Shown here: piece by piece, positions 12,801-24,022 of the stretch
How the letters are laid out: each line of letters begins with the position of its first letter
How positions within the stretch are numbered: the stretch's first letter is position 1
DNA from: Klebsormidium nitens
Taxonomy: Eukaryota > Plantae > Klebsormidiophyceae
Reading direction: 5' to 3'
NCBI GenBank assembly: GCA_000708835.1
Contig: DF237090.1
Location: forward strand, 1-64,000
DNA length: 64,000 nt
Position numbers and translations under genes: made by a program
The notes under the pieces: generated by a model
Database searches by the model: none
What the model saw: the letters and a program-made list of their open reading frames with translations, nothing else
Told to the model about the DNA's origin: nothing

Positions 12801-13937
12801 CACCTGTAAAGGGGGCGCACTTGCAGTCAGCATATCTCCCTCCGCCTGGCATTGACACCAATGGCCATGCTCCTGCAGAGCTGACGTCAGCACCCGCGTC
12901 GATGAGGTGCGTTTGCTGGGCGAGGCGCTGTGCCACTCGCAGACCCGCGCGCGCAGGGCGGAGGAGGCTGAGGCGTCGAAGGCGGCAGAAAACATCCGCC
13001 TGAAAGAGCTGCTGCTCTTTGAGGTACGACTGACAAGTCTGCGATCTGTTCATTGAAGTTTGAGCTTTCATCGGTCTCTTTGGTGGGCGGCTTTCATACA
13101 AGGTGCTCTTTGTTGTCCTTGAGCCTCAAACGTCTGACAGCTGTCAGGGTGCATACGGGCTGCCACATTGATGCAGCAGATTCTTGCACAGCACTTAGTC
13201 CAACTTCGTCTGCAACGTTTGTGTCCAACAGGCCTGGCAGATCTCAGTCGCTTTCAGAAGGAGTCCTCTGCAATTTCAATGAACAGGTTTCAGAAGATGC
13301 ATCCGTGTCGAAGTTACGGTGGAAACTAAATTAGCATCCTAAGATTCTCCTTGGGTTGCCTCAAGCCACTGCACATCTTTTGTGATCGTATTTCCGGCTT
13401 TGCAAATACAATCTGGCCCAGCGCTTCGTCCCGCGGACGATTCTCTCTCAATTGCTATCGCCCTTTCCAAGCCTGCCTTTCGCAAAGGTTATCCGGTGGG
13501 CATGAACCCCAGTTTTGGATTGTGGTTCCTATGTCGCGTTTGGGCTTGCAATAAGGAGTTTTAAGCTGATTGTGAGCGTCCACTTGCAGGCAATGCAGAA
13601 GAACGCGTGGCAATTTTGTCTGGCCGTCGAGACGGCCGACGCGAGCCTGCTCCCAGTCGCATTCAGCCACGTGGCGACCAACGAACGTCTGTCTGCTGCA
13701 CGGAACAGCGACCCGGTTGGGGTTCCAGAACTTGTACACAGCTTTTGTGATTCCACGGACGGAGATCAGAATTCAAACGCAGATTCGGCCGGCAGCTCGA
13801 AGGAGATTGATCTTGTAGACTGCATCGTAGGCATCGCTTTTGGGGTGGCCATTGGAGTGGTTTGTTTCGGTCACTTGGGGGGTATTGGGTGGCTCTGCGT
13901 GCGGGTGGGGTTCATGTGTGGCAATACGGACTGGTAA
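9803..13937 (+). CDS. Uncharacterised plant-type protein with LCHSQTRARRAE coiled-coil motif and C-terminal TM segment (recalled as AT1G01240-like)
   Basis: Exons 9803-10161, 10999-12483, 12879-13023, 13590-13937 (2337 nt, in frame). LLGEALCHSQTRARRAEE resembles the land-plant LEALxHSQTRAREAE motif, and there is a hydrophobic C-terminus (CIVGIAFGVAIGVVCFG...GW). The family label is from memory. Confidence 0.7.
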
Positions 13938-15236
13938 GAGTCGCGAGCTAAAACGCGCGAGTAGATAGGCGGGCACAGTTACGCGGGTCGCTTTGTAGAT
14001 GGCTGTACCATAGCCGCACGGAAAAGAGGGGGGCTGGCTGGAGATCTTGCCGTAGGTGAAGGGCGTAGTAGTCGGTATGAATCGACGTGGTAGAGGTTGT
14101 TTCGGAACCGTCTAGCAGATTCACTGTGTATAGCAGACAGCTAATAGAGTTGGAGGGGTCTTCGTCGAGTTGCAGAGGGTCCCAGCCCCGAGTTTAGTCC
14201 GGGCCTGCCAAAATAGAGAGTCTCCACCAGAGTGTGTCAGATCAGGGCCCGTTCCGGAGTCAGTAGACAGTTTCGTCGGACTTTCACCGTAGCTTTGCAC
14301 GTTTCTGTTTTAGCTACTTCGACCTTCGGAAATTGACGGTTCTTGATGGCTCGGCGGTTAGAAGCAGCGAAGTGTCTTTTAACCAGAGTTTTGGGACAAT
14401 TCATTGGTCGCATTGCCAGAATGTCAAGGCAGTGTCATTCTTGAGATGGATGCATCATATAGTCATATTGCTGGGGCCGCCTCCGAAACATTTTCGACAA
14501 GCGTCCAAGCGTGAGTCGCATTGTAAGTGATCCAGCCGCTCAAGTGGCGGACTTCATGTGTCTATGCTGCACATCACTATGTTTCATGCGCATTGGAAAT
14601 CGTTAGTAGTCTAAAGATTCTAACTGAAGTTGTGACTCCAATCCTGTTACAATTCGTGTCTGTAATTGCACACACAAGTTATCCACGCACCTGGCCACTA
14701 CCAGGGTAGCAACAAAGAAGGCCTTCGAGATCGCAGCGGCTGGTGGGTACGCAGAATCTGGTAGAATCAAAAACTTTAGGCTGATTGGAAGTTCACGAAC
14801 TTCAGTAGCCTCACTTAATGAAACCCATTATCATCACGGATCTTGATCTAGGATCGGACGTCTCAATGTTCTCCTGCAAACGCCTCCTGGGCCATATATG
14901 CTGATCCCACTGGGGCTGAATGCACCTATCATAGGATATTCGAAGGTGTGTGATGTTTCCTATCCAAATCATACGCCGTAGCCAAGTGGACCGCATGCTT
15001 CTCATGCATGGCACACAGATGTTTTCAAGTGGCAAGTTTGCGAAGACTATGATTACTTAGCACGCCAAGACTAAGATTTTGCACTACCCTAGGGCCTACA
15101 TCATTCAATGGGCAAGTGTGTTAACCAGTGTGTCACCTCATCTTTTTGGACCGTCCGATGTGGATTGCAAGCTTATCCTGCGGTTGTAACCTATGAGCTC
15201 GACTGGATCGACACGTAAGGCAATCGACGGTGAGAA

Positions 15237-16601
15237 ATGCCGCGAAAGTACGCAACCATGACCAATCAGATCTGCCCAAGTGGGGTTACGCAATCATCCT
15301 GGATCAAGCACGTTACGTACGCAACCACCCCAGCTCGCCAGCTCAGCTGCAGCTTCTGCTTCTGGAAAGCGGGGGATGTTACCATCCGGAGGAGGAGAAG
15401 CTGCTGCATTGTTGAAGCGCCAGCACCTGCCAGCATTGCTCTCATTTCGAACTTCAACGAGTCAGAGATCCTTTGCTTTCTCAGCCAGATGGCCGCCTTC
15501 TCTCAGAGATGGTCCTTTGGGGGCTTCTCCTTATTTCCTGCGAAGCCCTCTCCGCCCGCAGCTCTGCAAATGGGCTCCCTTTTAGAGGAGCCCTTCCCAC
15601 TCAGGCGGCCTCTCGAGTCTGCTTTCTCTCTAGGCAGGACCATCAGCACTTCCACAGAAGGCATGGACATTGAATTTGACGCAGTCCTGCTGGACGTTGC
15701 CAGCTATTCTGAGGCGCCCCTTGTTCGCTTCCAAGAGAGAGGCCCCGTTGCTGACAAGGGCGAGGTTATGGAGTGGTTGGAGGCTGCGGTGTTTGGCGAG
15801 GACGAGGATTTCGGGGCCCTCCTGGTGGAGCCCCTGCGGGCCAGGGTCGCGTTGGGGCCAATCTATGACGAGATTTTTGGCAATGCTGAAAGTGGGGGCG
15901 GGCTGCCAGCTATGGGGAGCCCAGCAAACGGAGTCAGCTCTGAGGGGCAAGTAAGGGCGGAGAATGAGCTCTCTGGTGGGCACTTTCACAACGCTGCAGA
16001 AAGCCTCCTTTCTAGGGAGGGATTCGCCGTCAGTAGCTGGGCAAGGGAAGAGGTCAGCATTGCGGACGCAGACGCCCTGGAGACCATCCTCGATGTCATT
16101 CAGAATGTTCTTGAGGAGACCGCCGAGACTGCAGATGAGCTGGGTGTAACTAGAGGCCCTGTCACGAGGAGGGGACCTCCCTCAGCTGGCGACTCGTGGG
16201 CTGCGGTTGTGGGCACCTTGGAAAACAGGGCCCCAATCCTGGGCTCTAGGAAAGCGCCGCAAGCAGTGCAGGGTCACCCAAGAGGAGGCCCTGTTTTGGA
16301 CCTCGTCCTGATGGACGCGCAGCCTGGCAAGGGGTTTCAAAGGAAGAAGGCGGGCCGGCAGGGCCCTGCGATTGAGGCCTTTCAAGAATGGGGCCCGGTG
16401 AAAGAGGAGCGGAATCCGAGGCTGAGGGCAGGCAAGTGGAAGAGCCACGCGCGGCGGAAGGGCAGCCCCCCGCCCCGCAGAATGGGCAACTTTGGCACCG
16501 GCAAGTTTTGCAGCATATGCTCCCCCGCGCTGAGCAACAGGCTGCACAAGAAGGTCGACGCGCGGCGGGAGTGCAAGGCTGGGGACCTAATCCCGGGGTA
16601 G
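15237..16601 (+). CDS. Orphan hypothetical protein, 454-codon uninterrupted ORF
   Basis: Long GC-rich ORF with AATAAA at 16663-16668. An acceptor-like TTGCTTTCTCAGCCAG precedes ATG 15489, so the true start may be there. No family recognised. Confidence 0.55.
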   Translation: MPRKYATMTNQICPSGVTQSSWIKHVTYATTPARQLSCSFCFWKAGDVTIRRRRSCCIVEAPAPASIALISNFNESEILCFLSQMAAFSQRWSFGGFSLFPAKPSPPAALQMGSLLEEPFPLRRPLESAFSLGRTISTSTEGMDIEFDAVLLDVASYSEAPLVRFQERGPVADKGEVMEWLEAAVFGEDEDFGALLVEPLRARVALGPIYDEIFGNAESGGGLPAMGSPANGVSSEGQVRAENELSGGHFHNAAESLLSREGFAVSSWAREEVSIADADALETILDVIQNVLEETAETADELGVTRGPVTRRGPPSAGDSWAAVVGTLENRAPILGSRKAPQAVQGHPRGGPVLDLVLMDAQPGKGFQRKKAGRQGPAIEAFQEWGPVKEERNPRLRAGKWKSHARRKGSPPPRRMGNFGTGKFCSICSPALSNRLHKKVDARRECKAGDLIPG

Positions 16602-18727
16602 TTGTGACTGCACGGTTTAGTATGGTGGGCTGGCGGGTTAGCTAAGTAATGTAATACATTGGAATAAAGGCGGAGAAGCTGGAGAGATTTTGAAGGTTAG
16701 CGGATATTTCCGGGCCGTATTTCCGGTCTGTGGGGGTGGAAATATTTGGAGCAAAGCAGGCTGGGTTTCAATATGAAACCATAATGAGGCAAAGGTGGGA
16801 ACAGCGCTGCTCCTATAAATTGCAAACTGACTGCGCGTCACATTGAACATTGGCTGCATGGTTCTTCGAAAGCTTATTATTTCAAGAGGACAAGCTGGTG
16901 TGTGGCCTGGCTGAGGGGCCTGAGTATACTGCTAGCACGAACTGGAGATGGGAAGGGACTTAACAACAGATTAGAGCTCTATTCTCAAAGTGCATGAGGC
17001 ACCGGCATGATCAGCAACCGACTGGTTCTTTAAACAATGTGTATGGGCTGATGTGGTTTCGTAACCGTTGGTTAAACAACCGCTGCTAGTTAGACAACCA
17101 CTGCTAGTCAGCACCCTAAAGGACACACCGGCTTGTTTGTACAAAATAGCAACATTATTTAGAAGGGGACCGTCTTGCCGACTGGTAAGGCACTCCATTA
17201 GATTGATCTATGTTCAACTAGTCACAAACAATCTTGATTGATTCAGAGGTGTTGGGTATGTCTTTGAACGGCCCGGCATGCTACAAAAGCCAGCAATTGA
17301 ATGCGTCTCCAGATCCAAAACTTCATAATCTATGAGATAATAGTGCTATATTGCCCAATGTCGCCACGTCACTTTTTTAATGCCCGCGCGAGTGAACCCA
17401 TGTGCAACAAATTACATGAATGTATGATGTTTAGCCCGTGTCATTCATAGTGTCAGACATTAGCTAGACAGCGGGCCTGGGCCAGCAGGCTGCTTGTTTC
17501 ATACATGCACATTGCAATGGTTCAGATCTCATGGCCGGCTCTAGGTGTCGGGCGCGCTAACTTTAGTAGGATGGGCAGCATGATCCAATGTTTTTGTTCG
17601 GCTTGCAGACTCATGAACTGAGTTAATTATGAAGGGATTATGAACCATGTGCACATGAACACTGGCCGGTGCAGAGCTATAGCTAGGCCCACATCCCCGC
17701 AATGATATGTTGCTTCTGGCCGGGCCTTAATTGGCATATTGGAACATTGCTCGAAGTTGAAGAGATCAGCAACGTATGATATGTGCAACTTCAAGAATGC
17801 GGAAAAGTAATCTTACGACAGAAAAGTGCGTACCAACGTGAGTCTACGAAGATCTCGCAGGACAGCGTGGAAGTGGAAGAAGAGCTCGAGGGGTTTTGGA
17901 GACCTCGCAGATACAGCATTGGTACGAACTTAGCATGGGCGCTGTGCACAGCATCAAGTGAGAAAGTGAACCTGTCAACGTGCTTTCCGCTTGGTGAATA
18001 TTCCACGCAGCATACATATGCATTTCCTTGTTTGTAACACCACGATCGTGTGTTGTTACGATCGTGAATGACCCTAGGAGGCTTCTTTCAGAATCACGAA
18101 CTTGATGAAGCATGATTTTATCTGTTGCATGATTGAGAGGACTTGGATGCTGCTCCTACGGTATTTGTCCATTGTGGCAAACTTGAAATGCGTAGTCAGG
18201 CCAGCTGGGGCTTACAAGCCTGGCCGTCGATGAATTTGACGCTGCCATAAAGGGTCGAAGACAGCGCAGAAAATGGAGCTTTGGATGCTCGTAGCCGTCC
18301 GATGAGCCTCGGAGAGTAGGGTTTCGTTTGCACCTCTTGCTGTAGAATTTTGGCCAAACCTAGTTGTACTGAAAATGAAGAAAGGTACATACCATTGAAC
18401 CATTTACCAGCCACGCCCGCTTTGAGCACGGTACCGCCGGTACAAACTTCATGCACACGCAGCAACTTGAAAGTAGCAGGTGCAGGGAAGTCCGAAGCTG
18501 GAAAAGAGATTGGTTGAACATGCACAGAAAAGTGGTCAACAGGAGCGCGAAAGAATGCCCTTTTCGATTGCTCGTCTTTTGCGAGAAGAGCTGGTGTTCT
18601 GAACACCCAAAACAAGCAAAGCCGAGTAACCTCAGCGCTGCGTCCCATGCTGTGGAGTGTTATGCCTGTTGGTAACCTCGTGGGATGCAAAGGAGGTCTG
18701 TAATAAAGTGTTCCAGCCCCTCGAAGG

Positions 18728-21700
18728 ATGACCAGTAGAGAGGCTGCAGCCTGCAATGCCAGTGCGGTCAATCTGACCCGTCTCAATTCCAGCCAGATTC
18801 TGTCCCGCACTCCTGGGACCATTACCAACAGTGGGCATCACAGAGTACCGTCCGGTAATATGCTCTCGGAGTTTCGGGCTGCCCGTAGGAATGTAGCCCA
18901 GGCTAGCAGATTGCTGGGGGAAATTCTGGGAAGGGGCTCCAGGTGTTCTGCCTGCGAGGGTGCAATCAGCGTGGGGAATGTCAGGAGTGTGCAGGCACTT
19001 GGGGCTGACGATAGGGAGGTTTGTACTGCCCCCTCCAGGAGCTTTTCTTCGTGGGTTCTGAACCGGGGGGAGAGTCTTGGGGCCCGGTTTCAGAGGGACG
19101 TGGCAGCCTGGGCCCGCAAGGGCAATGCACAGAGCGCCGGTCACGAGCGGTTAGATTCTGGCGCGGTTTCCGAAGTGTCAGTTGCAGGCAGGGGTGATGG
19201 GGGGGGAGAAGAACGGGCGGCGTCTTCTTCTGCAGCGGGCAGCAATGCAGCTGAAGCGGCCTCTGGAAGTGGTGAATTGGAACAGGGGGAGCAAGCTGCA
19301 CGGGAAGAAAGTGCGGAAGGCGTCTCGTCAGAAGCAGAAGCACTCAGTGCTGAAGTGTCGGGCGAAGATGGTCTCGGGGGCAGTTTGGTTGACCAAACCA
19401 AAGCAGAGGAGTTAGGAGAAAGTAGTGCCTTGGGCGTGGCGGATGAATCGGATGCCGGTGGTACCTTAGACGAAGCAAGCTCGTCAGAGAGCTCGCTGTC
19501 AGATGTAAGTAGCTCTAGCATAGAATTAGGAGATAGTGCGGCAGAGTCAAAACGGCGGGGGTCTCCAAACGGCAGGAGAACCAGAACAGGCAAAAGTGCA
19601 ACCGATTCCTCATCAAGTCGGGGTAAGCCGATGAAACTTGGAACTGAAAATAAGAAAGACGTGGGCACTGAGGCTCCAAAGAGCAAGGTTTACAAGGAGA
19701 CGGGCCGGCGGCCAATTGCCCCGGCAGTGAGGATGGTGTCTGAAGAGACGAGAAGGAAAGAGGAGATGAAGGGGCTGCCAGCTACGGACCTGCTCACGGT
19801 GAAGGGGATCGGGCCGAAGACTGTGGGGAACTTCATTGAGAAAGGGATCACAAGCGTGAAGCACCTGGAGGACTTGTACAAGGAGAAGGTAGGCGAATTG
19901 GAGTCTTCATACTGATCTTGCGATTTCCTTCAATTGTTTCAGCTCAAAGATATTCCCTGGGAAAGTCTGGCAGTTGTCCTGCAAAGCCAATTGGGGGACG
20001 GCTTCTGTTTCTCCCTCGGCATGCATCCAAAGATGCAGTATTTCAATCGATGAGAAAGTGTGGGATCCCGGGACTTTCTTCCAACGGTTCCTTCTCTCCT
20101 GAAGTGCACTATGGTCCCCATTTCGCTGAAGCTGCAGTTTGGTCGAAGATTTCGCAATTGACTTGGGAGTGGTTTGGATCTCTGGCTTTCGTTCTGCACA
20201 GATCGGAGAAGACTTAAAACCGTACTTTTCTCCACTTTGCGCTAAAGTACACGATTGTGTTTTCTGCCGTGTTCTTTCACAAGGTAGACAAGATGACCTG
20301 ATCGAATGCAAGCACTGAAAATGGAAGCCAAGGTTTCATCAATTGTGTGTGGTTGTGTTGCCCATTGTGACTCTCCAACCAGTAAGGCAGACAATCTGTG
20401 TGGCGGTCATGCAGCCGCATACACAAGGGTATCTGCTGTCCACTGAGTGCTTTTGATGTTCCCTAATAAGTTCTGGGTCAAGTGTGGGGAACGAAGCTGC
20501 TAGATTCGACAAACATATTTTGCACCGGCATTTACTGGAGAAGCTTTGCCAATATCTTGCTGACAGGCCCCTCGTTGCTTTCGGCAGTTCTACAAAAAGT
20601 CGGAGGGCATGGTTGCTTTCCTCCAGACGAACATTGGCGTGAAGCAGCAGATGTGGGCCCGCAAAATCGTGGAGCACGTCGAGGAGCAGATTCAGAAACA
20701 AGACTCAGCGACGGACGAGACCGCAGGCGCGGAGAACACGCGCAAGAAGCCGCTCACATTCTGCGTGGAGGGCAACATTAGCGTGGGCAAATCGACGTTC
20801 CTGCGCCAGATTGTCACAAAGACCATCTTGCTGCAGGTGGGTTGGCGCATTTTTCCTGTGTCACTCATCGGGGCTCGTTTTTGACGAGCCCAACTTGCCT
20901 TGTGCCTTACATTCTCAAATCGACTTAGCTTTGCTAGTGTCTGCATTCCAAACAGTGTTCCCTGTGGAGACATCGTTAGTGCCAGCTGTTGCGGAAGGGT
21001 TCCTTTGGATGTATCAAAGCCCTTCCATTAGGCCTTTCTGCTCACCAGGCTTACCGCATACGCTTAAGAGGGCGACGGCAACTGGAATGTCTTCGGCAAA
21101 CCCCAAAATGTCGGAGACTTGGGTATGTCAATTGACCAGAGATTACAGGCTTGATGTTCCTAACAACTATCTTAGGGACTTTCGGGATGCTAGCAGGTCT
21201 ACTGTCCGAAATCTCTATCTGACCTGCTTCGTTGAGACCGATTTCCGGTTTGTTCGAGTTTTGTTTTGGCCTCACTTGAGCTTGACTTTAATCCTGGGTC
21301 GATCCACCTTAATTTCGACCTAGTTTCTTTTCTTACCCTCTCTTCGTGTCTTTCAAACTCTGCTTAGTCCGCTTAGTCTGACCCGGAAACTTTCTACTCA
21401 ACTCTTTGCCTGATAAGGCGGTCCCACATGAACATTTTCGGGGTGCACCGTCCTTCAGGGACCGAAAATTGGCGATGTCGTCCCCCAGAATTCGACTCGA
21501 TATTCTGAGGGACGGTACGCCCCTCAGGGACGCCGGTAAATACCAAGGGACGGTTGGCGGTCACTCCTTGGACAGTTCACCTCGCCCTAAAATATGGGAA
21601 GCTTTAACTCTTGACGCGACGCAGTTCTCAGGGGAACATGACCAAAGCCGATTCTCGGGGAGCATGCGCTCCCTCGGGGAACACTCGCCACTTCCCCGAG

Positions 21701-24022
21701 AACTCATATGTGACCGCCCTATGACCAATTCAGGAGCTGGTAGACATCTCCCCTGAGCCGGTGGAGAAGTGGCAGTCGGTGGGCGACGACCGGCACAACA
21801 TCCTGGAGTCGTTCTACAAAGACCCCCAGCGCTACGCCTACACCTTCCAGAACTATGTCTTCTTCACGCGCATGCTCCAGGTGGGTCTCAAATTCGCAGA
21901 TTGCATGAAGTCGCCGTTTTCAGGTTCCTCGAGCTCGATGAGAACAGGGATTCTGGTTGTTCAGACCACTTGACAATCAGGAGCTCGCCACTTGCATCTG
22001 ATCGCTTGTGAGGTTTTGAATGATATCTCAGGGCGCCGTCATTCGTGTATCGCGTACGAACTTCGTCCGATTGGAATCGCTGGCGTCTTCAGGTGCTGCA
22101 TGCTAATGACGCTCGGTTGAGCTTCCTTGATCTCCCGTTTTTGGTTGCGGACCTGAACTCCCGTTTCGATTTTACCGGGCCTCATGATTTTACCGGCCTC
22201 ATGTATTTACGCTGACGCCAATCCTGTGGAGCGTGAACGCTGGACACGTGTCGTCTTTCCGTGCAGGCGCAGGAGCGACCGGTCGCTGGGAAGCCGCTGC
22301 GGCTGATGGAGCGCAGCGTGTTCAGCGACCGCATGGTGTTTGTGCGCGCGGTGCACGAGGCCAAGTTCATGAGCGACATGGAGATCTCCATCTACGACTC
22401 CTGGTTCGACCCCATCGTAAGCACGCGCGATTTGGAACCGCTGATATCCTTCTGTCCTTCCCTGCTGTCCCTTGATTCTCAAAGCAAAGTACTAAGAGAC
22501 TTCGTAATTCGTCGTGGGCTCTCGCCTTATGTGAGGTGTCCAATCTTGGTCTTTTCTGGACCAAGCGGGCGTTTGTATCGATGCTGAGGCTCTCGGGCGT
22601 CTACCTTCTGGCAAAGCATTACTTTGGACATGCTTCTCGTCTCCACTGAGTCGTTTAATTCAATGACAGAGCCTGAGTGGAAAATCTCTGTCTCCAGCTC
22701 TCTGCCATCCCCACGCTGATCCCCGACGGCTTCATCTATCTGCGTGCGAATCCGGATACGTGCTTCAACCGGCTCAAGAAGCGCGGACGGTCCGAGGAGA
22801 TGAGCGTTGACATGGACTACTTGCAGGTCTGTGCGCGGATTCGATTCAAACGGTTTCGCTTCTTCAATTCGTTTCTCCTTTTCCCTTTCAAGTCGTTCTC
22901 CAATATGATGTTTAGGGACCTTCGTTAGCTTACGATGGCCGTGACCTAGCATGGCAAGGTGGCCTGTCAAGCGCATTGAATGCACGCGGACACTGTACAA
23001 TGATAGCTTGGAAATAGTGGGCTCTAAAGGTCATGACGGGGTCTTGAAAAGTAGGGTTTTGACGCCCGCTATCTTGACAATCAGTCTCGCGAGACTTCGT
23101 AAGAAGTCAACAACTTTTCTTGGGGTTCTGAAGTGTCCACGACGTCCGTTTTTAATAGACAACCGAAGTAGTGCTATTTTCTTGAGAGGGAAAGGGTTTT
23201 GTTCTAGCAATAAACTTTACAGCATCAACCCAATACGACAAGGGTCGACAAACTTGATATAAATTTGCAGCTGATCCTAGGCCTCCAAAGGCCATATGAT
23301 AAGGACAAGACATGCAGGTTCTGAGTGTGTATGTGGCGCACCTGGACGCGTACTGATCGACGGATCTTTAAAGGCCACAACGCTTCTGAGTGGTCGCCTC
23401 GTTCATTAGGACACGTTTCCTCTGACAAGAACCGGAATGCTACTACGTTTTGCAGTGCTGCAGCCGTTGAAAGCACGTAGGAGTTGGCCGTATTTGATTA
23501 CGTTAAACGGATGGTTTGCTGCGTGACGGAAGGGACCACTGTGACGCTACCTCAATGAGAGAAGTTTGAAGCAAGCCAGCTTGTTCACGGCCCTCTTCTT
23601 GTCCCCCGCAGAACCTGCACGAGAAGCACGAGCAGTGGCTCCTCCCCGACGTGGCCAAGTCGAGCGCGGGCCACACTCTCCTGCGCGGTGCTCACCCGGA
23701 AGGTTACCCGGAGGCGATTCGCAACGACGTTTACTCGCTCGTCAACCGCAACGTGCACCCGCTGATTCAGGGCCTGCCTGCTCTAGTTCTTGACTGCGAT
23801 CCGGACATGGACATCGAGCATGACCAAGCGAAGAAGGAAGAGTACGCCGACAAGCTCAAGACGTTCTACGAGTATATTCAGGAGAACCCGCCCGCGACGG
23901 CGGGCGCCGGCCAGCACGTGATCAAGCCGCACCCGGGCGGTCTAATCTTCCCCCCGAGTCCCGAAGAGATGGCCAAGGAGTATCGGAACTGGTCGCCGGA
24001 ACAAAAGCGGGCGTATGCGTGA
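18728..24022 (+). CDS. dNK: Deoxynucleoside kinase, plant type, with N-terminal extension and helix-hairpin-helix motif
   Basis: Exons 18728-19888, 20588-20836, 21734-21880, 22267-22416, 22698-22826, 23612-24022 (2247 nt). Motifs: P-loop VEGNISVGKSTFL, PEPVEKW, YAYTFQNYVF, LMERSVFSDRMVF, FIYLRANPDTC, LHEKHEQWL, and HhH DLLTVKGIGPKT. Confidence 0.95.
21416..21719. mobile_element. MITE-like element in dNK intron 2, about 304 bp
   Basis: TA at 21414-21415 and 21720-21721. Left end AGGCGGTCCCACATGAACATTTTCGGGG versus reverse complement of right end GGGCGGTCACATATGAGTTCTCGGGG, an imperfect TIR of about 26-28 bp. Internal repeats of TTCTC(A/G)GGGGA and a hairpin GTCCC-CAGAAT...ATTCTG-GGGAC. Confidence 0.6.

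Noticed and set aside
15258-15310. SWIM zinc-finger-like ICPSG...IKHV in the orphan ORF
   Set aside because: Only one of three required Cys is present.
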